Assembly: GCA_963663275.1 (NCBI GenBank)
Contig: OY760183.1
Location: 1,083,683 to 1,115,682, forward strand
Source: Chloroflexota bacterium
GTDB taxonomy: Bacteria > Chloroflexota > UBA11872 > VXOZ01
Reading direction: 5' to 3'
Length of the DNA stretch: 32,000 nt
Notes under the pieces: generated by a model
Seen by the model: only the letters and a program-made list of their open reading frames with translations
Database searches by the model: none
What the model was told of the DNA's origin: nothing
Position numbers and translations under genes: made by a program
In this document: positions 23,123 to 31,113 of the stretch, in pieces
How positions within the stretch are numbered: the stretch's first letter is position 1
Layout: the number at the start of each line of letters is the position of its first letter

Positions 23123-25048
23123 CTATTCGGCTTTGGCGGCGGCCGCGGCTTGTTCGGCCGGCTGGCCGTCCGCGGCGGCCTGAGCGGCGCCGTCCTGGGA
23201 GGGTTCAGTTTCGGCCGGCGGCGTGTCCTGCGCCGGCGCGCCTTTCACCCGGTCGACTAGGCGGCGCAACTGTTGATCGTCGGGCGCGACCGCCATGCCC
23301 GCCTCGCCGGCCGCCAGGGCCTCGGCCTCGTTGCCGGTTTCCAGGTGCGTCCAGACCAGCATCCGGTGGAGAAAGGCCTGCGCCGGGGTATCGTCGGCCT
23401 GCTTTGCCAGTTCGAGCGCCTGCTTGAACTGCTCCAGCGCGTCCGCGAACTTGCCGCGCTCGTAGCAGATGCGGCCCAGCACGGCCACCGGCAGGTGATT
23501 TTCCGGGTTATCCAGCACAAGCTGTTCCGCCACCATCGCCGCCCGCGTATGCTCGCCGGCTACGGCCAGTTGTTGGGCCAGGGCCAGCGCCACGTCCAGG
23601 TTGTCCGCATCCTGCCGCGCCGCCTGCTCCAGCGTCGCCAGCGCCTCCCGGTGTTCGCCTTGCAGCATGTGCTGGAAGGCCAGGGCCAAAGCGGCGGCAA
23701 CGGAGCCCGGCGCGGGCGCGGCGGGCGCGGCGGGCGTGGAGTCCGCTTGCGCCGAATCCGCTGCCGGGCTTGGGGCGGCGGGAGCCGCCGCTTCCCTGGC
23801 GTCTGCGTCCACGTCCGCGTCCCGTCGCTGCTCCGGCTGCGAGCGCTTGCGTCCGCCGCTATCCCGTTGAGCGGATGACCCTCGCGATTCCGCGCGGGCC
23901 GAGTCCGGCGCCCCGCGCGACTGGCGGGCGGGGGGCGACTGCCGGGAGCGCGCGCCGCGCCCCCGCTGGCCTTGCGGCTGGCCGTTGCTGCTCTTGGCGG
24001 CGCGTTCCAACTCCTGTTTGCGCGTTTGCACGTCCTTGAACCGGCCGTCCAGGCCGCTGCAGCGGGTATAGGCTTCCAGCGCCTTTTCCGATTCGCCCAG
24101 TTTCTCGTAGACCTGACCCAGGTCGTAGAACGCCTCCGGCTCGTCGTCCTCTTGGCGCACCACGTCTTCCAGTTCACGCGCCGCGTCGCCGAAGCGTCCC
24201 AACGCGGCCAGGGTGAGCGCCAGCCGGTGCCGGTAGCGTGCCTGGCGCGGCATCAAGCGCGCGGCCTGGGAGAAGTGGTTGAGCGCCTGCGATAGCTCGT
24301 TGCGCTCGTAGGCGCTGCGGCCCAGGCTGTACAGGCGGGCGGCGAGCATGTTCCGGTCCACGTGAGTATCCAGCGATTCACCCAGCGACCGTGACGGGGC
24401 CAGGGGCGCTTCCGGCGGCGCGCCCAGCGTCTGGTCCGACTTATCCTTCTCGTGCTCGATCACGTGGGAGAGCAGCAGCCCCAGATCGATGTAGCCGTCG
24501 GCCACCAACTTCAAGCCGGGATCGCTGCCCACGCCAAAGTTGCCCACCATCACCTGCACGCCCCGGTCCCGCAGGCGCGAGAATACCGGGATGAAGTCGC
24601 CGTCTCCGGTCAGCGCAAAGGCTTTATCGTAGAACCCCACGAAGTCGAGCATGTCCAGCGACATCTCGATGTCCAGGTTGCCCTTGTAGCCGCCGCCGGG
24701 GAGTTCTTTCGAGCGCTTGTGCACGACGCGAAAGCCGTGGGTCACCAGATAGTCGAGTTGCTGGCGAAAGCCCTCCACGCGCAGGTCCGTGCCGGTATAG
24801 TAATAAGCTCCCAGGAGCGTATCGTCTCCTCGGAGCTGGTCGCGCACCAGGTGCCACGGCACGCGCATGATGCCGATATCCCGGGCCTGGCGTTCGATGT
24901 TGGCCGCGTCGATGAAAATCATCAGTCGATGCGGCTTGGTTTGCAGCGGCGTGCCGATTGCGGATCTTTGCGATTCGAGCGGGTGCCCGCAGGCAACACA
25001 GATGAGGCTATTCCCCTTATTCAAACTTCCACACGTTGGACAATTCAT
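23123..25048 (-). CDS. Zn-ribbon + NYN/LabA-like (PIN-fold RNase) + TPR protein with an Arg/Ser/Gln-rich disordered insert
   Basis: ORF 23123-25135; ATG at 25048 gives MNCPTCGSLNKGNSLICVACGH (CxxC..CxxC). NYN motifs IFIDAANI, KGNLDIEM and LTGDGDFIPV. TPR-like helices lie on both sides of the tract GQPQGQRGRGARSRQSPPARQSRG.... Confidence 0.85.
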   Translation of the reverse strand: MNCPTCGSLNKGNSLICVACGHPLESQRSAIGTPLQTKPHRLMIFIDAANIERQARDIGIMRVPWHLVRDQLRGDDTLLGAYYYTGTDLRVEGFRQQLDYLVTHGFRVVHKRSKELPGGGYKGNLDIEMSLDMLDFVGFYDKAFALTGDGDFIPVFSRLRDRGVQVMVGNFGVGSDPGLKLVADGYIDLGLLLSHVIEHEKDKSDQTLGAPPEAPLAPSRSLGESLDTHVDRNMLAARLYSLGRSAYERNELSQALNHFSQAARLMPRQARYRHRLALTLAALGRFGDAARELEDVVRQEDDEPEAFYDLGQVYEKLGESEKALEAYTRCSGLDGRFKDVQTRKQELERAAKSSNGQPQGQRGRGARSRQSPPARQSRGAPDSARAESRGSSAQRDSGGRKRSQPEQRRDADVDADAREAAAPAAPSPAADSAQADSTPAAPAAPAPGSVAAALALAFQHMLQGEHREALATLEQAARQDADNLDVALALAQQLAVAGEHTRAAMVAEQLVLDNPENHLPVAVLGRICYERGKFADALEQFKQALELAKQADDTPAQAFLHRMLVWTHLETGNEAEALAAGEAGMAVAPDDQQLRRLVDRVKGAPAQDTPPAETEPSQDGAAQAAADGQPAEQAAAAAKAE

Positions 25049-25121
25049 TACAATACGTCGATCCTCACTCTTTCCAATTTGCTTCGCACTACCAAGGCCG
25101 CGTGTCCCGCGCGCCCTTTGC

Positions 25122-25130
25122 TGGTATGAT
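25122..25130 (+). promoter_or_regulatory. Possible extended -10 element (TGgTATGAT) for aroE, palindromic with a minus-strand TGgTATCAT
   Basis: ctggtatgataccac at 25121-25135 is a near-palindrome that reads as TG-n-TATGAT on the plus strand and TG-n-TATCAT on the minus strand. It lies between the divergent aroE and NYN genes. No good -35 exists on either side. Confidence 0.25.
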
Positions 25131-25263
25131 ACCACAGCCTACGCAATGCAATCGTCTGGCGGGGGACGGGCGCCTGCGCGACCTGGCTGGGCGCGGGGCC
25201 GTTTTCTCCCATTGCGGGCCGCGCGCCGGGGCCGGCGCGCCACGCAGCCGCCAAGGAGCATCT

Positions 25264-26133
25264 ATGACCGCGGCGCAGAACACGCGCAAGGTTGGCGTCA
25301 CCGGCTATCCCCTGACGCACACCATTTCGCCCGCATTCCAGCAACCGGCGTTCGACCGCTACGGCATTCCCGCGTCCTACCGGCCGTATCCGGTGACGGC
25401 GGCGGCGTTGCCGGCCTTCATCGCCTCGCTGCGGGAACCGGCGTGGCTCGGCCTGAACGTGACCATTCCCCACAAAGAGGCGGTTGCCGCCCTGGTTGAC
25501 CGCTGCACCGCCACGGCGCAGACCATCGGCGCGGTGAACACGCTCTTCAAAGAGGATGGGAAACTCGTTGGCGACAATACCGACGCCCGCGGCTTCCTGA
25601 CCGCGCTGCGTGAAGACGGCGCGACCGATCCCGCCGGTACCCGCGTGCTCGTGTTGGGCGCGGGCGGCGCGGGACGCGCCGTGCTGGCGGCCCTGGCCCA
25701 GGCCGGCGCGGAGCGGGTTACACTCGCGAACCGCCACCGGGAGCGCGCCGAAAACCTGCTGGCGGCGCTGGCGGATGCGTTGCGCGCGCGGGATACGTCC
25801 GTGGTGGACTGGGATAGCGCGGCTCTGCGCCAGGCGGCCGCCAACGCCGACATCATCGTGAACTCCACCGCCGTGGGCATGGCAAGCGGGCCGGCGCCGC
25901 AGCTTTCACCCCTGCCGCCGGACGTGTTCCACGGCGGCCAGGTGGTTTTCGATCTGGTCTACACGCCGCGACTCACGCCGCTGCTCCGCCGCGCGCGGGC
26001 CGGCGGGGCGCGCGCGCTGGACGGCCTGCCCATGCTGGTCTATCAAGGCGCCGCCGCTTTCGAACGCTGGACAGGAAAGCCCGCGCCCCTTAAACTGATG
26101 AAGGCCAAGGCACTGGCCGCACTTGGCGCATGA
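25264..26133 (+). CDS. aroE: Shikimate 5-dehydrogenase
   Basis: ORF 25036-26133; ATG at 25264 lies 5 nt after AAGGAG (25253-25258). Motifs GYPLTHTISP, LNVTIPHKE, GAVNT, GDNTDARGF and VLGAGGAGRAV. Confidence 0.92.
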   Translation: MTAAQNTRKVGVTGYPLTHTISPAFQQPAFDRYGIPASYRPYPVTAAALPAFIASLREPAWLGLNVTIPHKEAVAALVDRCTATAQTIGAVNTLFKEDGKLVGDNTDARGFLTALREDGATDPAGTRVLVLGAGGAGRAVLAALAQAGAERVTLANRHRERAENLLAALADALRARDTSVVDWDSAALRQAAANADIIVNSTAVGMASGPAPQLSPLPPDVFHGGQVVFDLVYTPRLTPLLRRARAGGARALDGLPMLVYQGAAAFERWTGKPAPLKLMKAKALAALGA

Positions 26134-26147
26134 ATCCCAGCCAATGG

Positions 26148-26186
26148 CCCCCTCTCCCTCAGGGAGAGGGCCGGGGTGAGGGATGA
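26148..26186. repeat. REP family E copy
   Basis: ccccctctccctcagggagagggccggggtgaggg, directly after the aroE stop. Confidence 0.8.
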
Positions 26187-26214
26187 ACCGTTGCCAATTG
26201 CTCCCTCTCCCCGT

Positions 26215-26361
26215 TTTGGCAGGGGTATGGAAATGTCATTCCGAGCGGAGCGAAGCGGAGAGAGGAATCTAAGGAATGGCCCGGCAATTTCAGCATTCTA
26301 GATTCCTCGCTCCGCTCGGAATGACACGTGGAGTAGGCTATAGAGTGCATACCCCTGTCAA
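26215..26361. repeat. MITE-like palindromic element, family D (copy 2)
   Basis: Outer repeats ttggcaggggtatg / catacccctgtcaa (13/14). Inner arms gtcattccgagcggagcgaagcggagagaggaatctaagg / tctagattcctcgctccgctcggaatgac. Confidence 0.8.
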
Positions 26362-26411
26362 CACTTCTCGTAGCAGAGGGCCGGGGTGAGAGGATGAATC
26401 CCCGTCAATTA

Positions 26412-26450
26412 CCCCCTCTCCCCGTGGGAGAGGGCCGGGGTGAGGGGGAC
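26412..26450. repeat. REP family E copy
   Basis: ccccctctccccgtgggagagggccggggtgagggggac; a partial copy lies at 26374-26398. Confidence 0.8.
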
Positions 26451-26584
26451 ACGCGGCCGCCGGTGGCTGTTGACGATCATTACACCCGCCTTGCCGCGCC
26501 CGCTCTCTGACCGAAGAGCAAGCCCGCGACCATCGTGTCCGCCGGCCGGCGGCAATTCACCAGACTTAGAGGCAAGAAACCACC

Positions 26585-27760
26585 GTGTTACGTGTACTGA
26601 AGATTCTCACCGCCGGTGAGTCGCACGGGCAGGCGCTCGTGACCATCGTGGAGGGTATGCCGTCCGGCTTGCCGATCTCCGCGGACGAAATCGGCCGCCA
26701 CATGACCCGCCGCCAGCAGGGCCACGGGCGCGGCCGCCGCCAGCAGATCGAGAAAGACGCCGCCCAGATTCTCTCCGGCGTGCGCCACGGCCGCAGCATC
26801 GGCAGTCCCATCGCCATGCTGGTCGGCAACAAGGACTGGGAAAACTGGCAGGAGATCATGGCGGTGGAGCCGGTGGAGAAGCCGGTAAAGAAGGTGACGC
26901 ACCTGCGCCCCGGCCACGCCGACCTGGTGGGTGTCCTAAAGTACGGCGTGGACGACATTCGCCCCATTCTGGAACGCTCCAGCGCCCGGGAGACGGCGGC
27001 GCGCCTGGCGGCCTCGGGCGTCTGCCGCGCCTTGCTCAGCCACTTTGGCATCCGCATCGCCAGCTACGTTTCCGTGCTCGGGCCGATCGAGATCGACGGC
27101 GCGTACGAGGTCACCCAGCATCCCGAAGCCGTCGATTGGGATGCGCTGGAGGAAGACCCGCTCCGCTGCCCCGACCCGGAGGCAAGCAAGCGGATGGTGG
27201 CGCTGATCGACGAGATGAAGGCGGCCGGCGATAGCCTGGGCGGGGTCTACGACGTGGTGGCGTGGGGTCTGCCCATCGGCCTGGGCAGCCACGTCTTCTG
27301 GGACCGGCGCTTGGATTCACGCCTGGCGGCGGCGATACTCTCTATCAACGCCACCAAAGGGGTAGAATTCGGCCCGGCGTTCCAGAACGCGCGTTTGCAG
27401 GGCTCACAGGTGCAGGACCAGATTCGCTTCGAGCAAGGCCGGGGCTTCTCACGCCTGAGCAACCGCGCCGGCGGGCTGGAGGCGGGCATCAGCAACGGCG
27501 AACCGCTGCTGGTGCGCGGCGCGCTCAAGCCGATTTCCACCATCCGCAGCCCGTTGCCCTCCGTAGACCTGGCCACCCTGGAACCGGCCCAAGCCCACTA
27601 CGAGCGCGCCGACACCACCGCCGTGCCGGCCGCGGGCGTGATTGGCGAGGCCATGGTGGCGATGGTGCTGGCCGACGCGTTTCTGGAGAAATTCGGCGGC
27701 GACAGCCTGGCCGAGGTGGAACGCAACTACCGGGGCTACATGGAAGGGCTGCCACAATAG
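26585..27760 (+). CDS. aroC: Chorismate synthase
   Basis: 391 aa from GTG 26585. LTAGESHG, RRQQGHGRGRRQ and HLRPGHAD motifs. Stop TAG at 27758-27760. Confidence 0.93.
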   Translation: MLRVLKILTAGESHGQALVTIVEGMPSGLPISADEIGRHMTRRQQGHGRGRRQQIEKDAAQILSGVRHGRSIGSPIAMLVGNKDWENWQEIMAVEPVEKPVKKVTHLRPGHADLVGVLKYGVDDIRPILERSSARETAARLAASGVCRALLSHFGIRIASYVSVLGPIEIDGAYEVTQHPEAVDWDALEEDPLRCPDPEASKRMVALIDEMKAAGDSLGGVYDVVAWGLPIGLGSHVFWDRRLDSRLAAAILSINATKGVEFGPAFQNARLQGSQVQDQIRFEQGRGFSRLSNRAGGLEAGISNGEPLLVRGALKPISTIRSPLPSVDLATLEPAQAHYERADTTAVPAAGVIGEAMVAMVLADAFLEKFGGDSLAEVERNYRGYMEGLPQ

Positions 27761-28278
27761 AGAGTGTAGTACTCATCGGCCTTTCGGGCACGGGCAAGTC
27801 CTCCGTCGGCAGGCTGTTGGCGCGCCGGCTGCGCTGGCGCTTCAGCGACAGCGACAGCGAAATCGAACGGCGGGAAGAGCGGCGCATTACGCGCATCTTC
27901 CAGGCGGAAGGCGAAGCGTACTTCCGCGACCTGGAGCGGCGCGTGGTGCGCGAACTCTGCGCCCAACGGCATCACGTGGTCAGCACCGGCGGCGGGGCCG
28001 CGCTGGATCCGGAAAACCGCGCCGCGATGCGGGACGGCAACCTGGTGATCTGGCTGCGCGCCGACCCGGAAACTATCTTCAATCGCCTCAAGTGGAGCGT
28101 GCACACCCGCCCGCTGCTGAAAGACCCCGACCCCTTGGCAAAGATCCGCGCCATGGCGGCGGAACGGCACGACCGCTACGACCAGGCCTGCCACGCGGCG
28201 GTGGCGACGGACGGCAAGAGTCACGAGGCGGCGGCGGAACTTCTCTGGGAACAGGTGCAAGCGTGGAAGAAACGCTGA
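27757..28278 (+). CDS. aroK: Shikimate kinase (5' boundary uncertain: no canonical start codon)
   Basis: In the frame of ORF 27262-28278: VVLIGLSGTGKSSVGRLLA (P-loop), DSDSEIE, GEAYFRDLE and STGGGA. The P-loop strand begins 3 codons after the aroC stop. The only in-frame candidate just upstream is ATA at 27757, overlapping the aroC TAG. Confidence 0.85.
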   Translation: MESVVLIGLSGTGKSSVGRLLARRLRWRFSDSDSEIERREERRITRIFQAEGEAYFRDLERRVVRELCAQRHHVVSTGGGAALDPENRAAMRDGNLVIWLRADPETIFNRLKWSVHTRPLLKDPDPLAKIRAMAAERHDRYDQACHAAVATDGKSHEAAAELLWEQVQAWKKR

Positions 28279-29312
28279 TCGGCCGCGACGTCCTGCCCGA
28301 CGTGTCCGGCGCTTTGGCGCGCCACGGCATCGACGGACGGCTCTTCATCATCGCCGACGCGCGTGTGGCGGAGCGCACGGAGAATGCGCTGGCGCGGACA
28401 CTGGCGGCAAACGGCCACGACGTAGCCACGTACCTGGTGCCCTCCGGCGAGGAGAGCAAGAACCTGCGCCAGGCCGAGCGCATCTACCACTGGCTGGCGG
28501 AACAGCGGGCCGAACGTAAGGAGGCGATCCTGGCGTTTGGCGGCGGCGTGGTGGGCGATCTGGCCGGATTCGTGGCCGCCACCTACCTGCGCGGCATGAC
28601 CTTAGTGCAAGTTCCCACTACGCTGGTGGCGCAGATCGACAGCAGCATCGGCGGCAAGGTGGCGGTGGACCTGCCGGAAGGCAAGAACCTGGTCGGCGCA
28701 TTCTACCCGTCGCTGCTGACGTGCATCGACACCCGCTTCCTGGAAACGCTCGCCCCGCGCGACCTGCTGGCCGGTTGGGCGGAGGTCATCAAGACGGCGC
28801 TGCTCTTCGACGCGCCGCTCTTCGGCGAAATCGCGGCCAGAGGCCCGGCCGACCTGACGCCGGAGTTCCTGCTGGAGGTGGTGCCCCGCTGCGTGCGCTG
28901 GAAGCAGAAGGTGGTGGCGGAAGACCCCAAAGAGCAGGGCATCCGCGCGCTGCTCAACTACGGCCATACCATCGGCCACGCCCTGGAAGCGGCCACCGGC
29001 TACCGCACCTACCTCCACGGCGAGGCGGTTGCCGTCGGCATGAACGGCGCGGCCACTATCGCCCGCCGCTTGGGTCTGCTGGAAGAGGCGGCCTTCGCGG
29101 AACAGCAGCGCGTTATCGCCCAATATTCGCTGCCGCTCCAATACACCGGGGCGGATCCCGCCGCCGTGCACGACGCGATCGCGCTGGACAAGAAGAACCG
29201 CCAGGGCCGCGTGCGCTGGATTCTGCTGGAAGCAACCGGCGCGCCGCTCATGGAAAGCGCCGTGCCGCGGGCGCTCGTGCGCGAGGTGCTGGAAGACCTG
29301 CGGGCAAGCTGA
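28263..29312 (+). CDS. aroB: 3-dehydroquinate synthase
   Basis: In the frame of ORF 27642-29312; GTG at 28263 overlaps the aroK end by 16 nt. Motifs FGGGVVGDLAGF, VQVPTTLVAQIDSSIGGKVAV and NYGHTIGHALE. Confidence 0.9.
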   Translation: MEETLIGRDVLPDVSGALARHGIDGRLFIIADARVAERTENALARTLAANGHDVATYLVPSGEESKNLRQAERIYHWLAEQRAERKEAILAFGGGVVGDLAGFVAATYLRGMTLVQVPTTLVAQIDSSIGGKVAVDLPEGKNLVGAFYPSLLTCIDTRFLETLAPRDLLAGWAEVIKTALLFDAPLFGEIAARGPADLTPEFLLEVVPRCVRWKQKVVAEDPKEQGIRALLNYGHTIGHALEAATGYRTYLHGEAVAVGMNGAATIARRLGLLEEAAFAEQQRVIAQYSLPLQYTGADPAAVHDAIALDKKNRQGRVRWILLEATGAPLMESAVPRALVREVLEDLRAS

Positions 29313-29360
29313 GCAACCACGTTGTTCGCCACAAATGACACGCGGCTCTCTCTTGCCAAC

Positions 29361-29555
29361 CCGTAAGGGCAAGTGTACCCGTAGGGGCAGGCCTCGTGCC
29401 TGCCCGTGTCAAGAGGCGGGGGACAAGCCCCCGTGCTACGGCTTACCGGAAAGGGCAGGTTTACCCGTAGGGGCACGACATGTCGTGCCCCTACTTGTTG
29501 ACAAGCCCCCGCGCTACGACGATGCGACCGGGCGGGGGACAAGCCCCCGCGCTAC
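29361..29555. repeat. Cluster of REP elements (two family C variants plus three family A copies)
   Basis: gtaggggcaggcctcgtgcctgcccgtg (29381-29408). gggggacaagcccccgtgctac (29418-29439). Perfect 28-bp palindrome gtaggggcacgacatgtcgtgcccctac (29467-29494). Degenerate A copy (29495-29517). A copy (29534-29555). Confidence 0.85.
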
Positions 29556-29671
29556 CAGGAGAAGACAAACAGGGCGGCGTGGAGAGCCGGTCGGAGTGCC
29601 GCCACCGGGGTTAGCTGGTAGAATAGAGACCGTAATTCCCCTTTCGGATTCTTTGCACACCGAGGAAAGCA

Positions 29672-30007
29672 ATGGCACAGTTCATCTTCTTCTATCGCGC
29701 TACGCCGGCGGCCATGCAGCGCATGGGCAGCGCCTCGCCGGAGCAGCAGCAGGCGCACATGGCCAAGTGGCAGGCGTGGACGCGGCAGAACGCGGAGGCG
29801 CTGGTGAACGCCGGCACGCCCGTGAGCGGCGGGCAGGTCCTGACCGCCGAAGGCGCCGGCGGCGTAGACGGCACGATGATGGGCTACGCCATCGTGGAAG
29901 CCGAAAACATGGACGCGGCCCAGGCGATACTGAAGACCGACCCGTTCCTCAGCCAGGGCGAGGGCTGTTCCATCGAGGTCTACGAGTGCATGTCCATGCC
30001 GTCGTAG
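29672..30007 (+). CDS. YciI-like / dimeric alpha-beta-barrel family small protein
   Basis: 111 aa; GAGGAAAG lies 3 nt upstream of the ATG. The pattern ...MGYAIVEAENMDAAQAILKTDPFL...SIEVYEC resembles YCII-related domain proteins. Confidence 0.55.
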   Translation: MAQFIFFYRATPAAMQRMGSASPEQQQAHMAKWQAWTRQNAEALVNAGTPVSGGQVLTAEGAGGVDGTMMGYAIVEAENMDAAQAILKTDPFLSQGEGCSIEVYECMSMPS

Positions 30008-30059
30008 GCGTCGCGCGGGCTCCGGCGCATTGCCGGCCGCAGCAGACGTGAGGAAGATT

Positions 30060-31040
30060 ATGGAATACCGGCAGCTTGGCGCAACCGGCGTGCGCGTCTC
30101 CACCATTGCCTACGGCACCTTCCCGCTGGGCACGTACAGCGATACCCAGGCGGGCGCGCGCATGATCCACGCCGCCATGGAGCGCGGCGTAAACTTCATC
30201 GATACGGCCAACGTCTACTTCAAGGGCCGCTCGGAGGAGATCGTGGGCGCGGCGCTGCAGGGGCGGCGGCACGAGGTCGTGCTCGCCAGCAAGTTCGGCC
30301 ATCCGATGGGCGCGGGCCCCAACGAAAGAGGCTCCTCGCGCTACCATATCTACCGGGAGGTCGAAGGGTCGTTGCGGCGTCTGGGCACCGACTATCTCGA
30401 CGTCTATTACATCCACATTCCGGACCCCACCACGCCTTTGGAAGAAACGATCCGCGCGCTGGACGACCTGGTACGGCAAGGCAAAGTGCGCTACACTGGC
30501 ACGTCCCACTTCGGCGGTTGGCAGATCGCGCGCGGGCTGTGGCTGGCGGAGCGCCACCGGCTGACGCCCTGGGTGGTGGAGCAGCCGCGCTACTGCCTGA
30601 TCGACCGGGCCATCGAGCAGGAGGTGGTTCCCATGGCGCAGGCGCTGGGTATCGGCATCGTGGCGCACAGCCCGCTGGGCGGCGGCTTCCTTACCGGCAA
30701 GTACAAACCGGGCGAACCGCCCCCGCCGGATTCCCGCTTTGCCGCGCGCCCGGACGGCATTTCGTCGCTGCCCCGGCACTACGACCTGATGCTGACGGAA
30801 CCCAACCTGGCCGTGGTCGAAACGCTGCGGTCGCTCGCGCAGGCGTACCAAACCACGCCCAGCGCCATTGCCCTGGCGTGGGTGCTGGCCCAGCCGTTCG
30901 TTTCCTCGGCCATCATCGGCCCCAAGAATCCTTTCCAACTCCAGGACAATCTGGCAGCCGCGCAGGTGGCGCTCAGCCCGGCGGACGTGGCGCTCCTGGA
31001 CGACGTTTCGGATTTTGCCCGGGGTCTGGTGCGCACCTAG
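30060..31040 (+). CDS. Aldo/keto reductase
   Basis: ORF 30030-31040; ATG at 30060 follows GAGGAAG. Motifs MEYRQLGATGVRVS, GVNFIDTANVY, LASKFG, LDVYYIHIPD and YTGTSHF. The antisense ORF 29949-31073 is a shadow. Confidence 0.92.
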   Translation: MEYRQLGATGVRVSTIAYGTFPLGTYSDTQAGARMIHAAMERGVNFIDTANVYFKGRSEEIVGAALQGRRHEVVLASKFGHPMGAGPNERGSSRYHIYREVEGSLRRLGTDYLDVYYIHIPDPTTPLEETIRALDDLVRQGKVRYTGTSHFGGWQIARGLWLAERHRLTPWVVEQPRYCLIDRAIEQEVVPMAQALGIGIVAHSPLGGGFLTGKYKPGEPPPPDSRFAARPDGISSLPRHYDLMLTEPNLAVVETLRSLAQAYQTTPSAIALAWVLAQPFVSSAIIGPKNPFQLQDNLAAAQVALSPADVALLDDVSDFARGLVRT

Positions 31041-31113
31041 CGCGCCTGTGCGTGAGACGGCCGCCAGGAACAATGCCGGTGACGTTCGTTGAATTTCGTT
31101 CTCGCCAAGAGGC

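Noticed and set aside
25036-25263. N-terminal extension of the aroE ORF back to 25036 (365 aa); similar long extensions of the aroK (27262) and aroB (27642) ORFs
   Set aside because: The extensions are low-complexity and overlap the neighbouring gene or the intergenic promoter region. For aroE, conserved enzyme sequence begins at an internal start preceded by a Shine-Dalgarno sequence. For aroB it begins at an internal GTG. For aroK it begins right at the aroC stop.
27740-27765. Programmed -1 frameshift fusing AroC to AroK
   Set aside because: The aroK frame is -1 relative to aroC, but I see no slippery heptamer (X XXY YYZ) at or just upstream of the junction (...ggg ctg cca caa tag) and no obvious downstream stimulatory structure. 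Non-canonical initiation or a base-call error is simpler.
29949-31073. 374-aa minus-strand ORF antisense to the aldo/keto reductase (similar cases: 28602-29372, 25048-25737, 24452-25129, 21399-21995, 16003-16590, 12057-12683, 7820-8452, 17548-18276)
   Set aside because: All are antisense or out-of-frame overlaps of confidently identified genes. They give Arg/Ala/Gly/Pro-rich translations with no recognisable domains.
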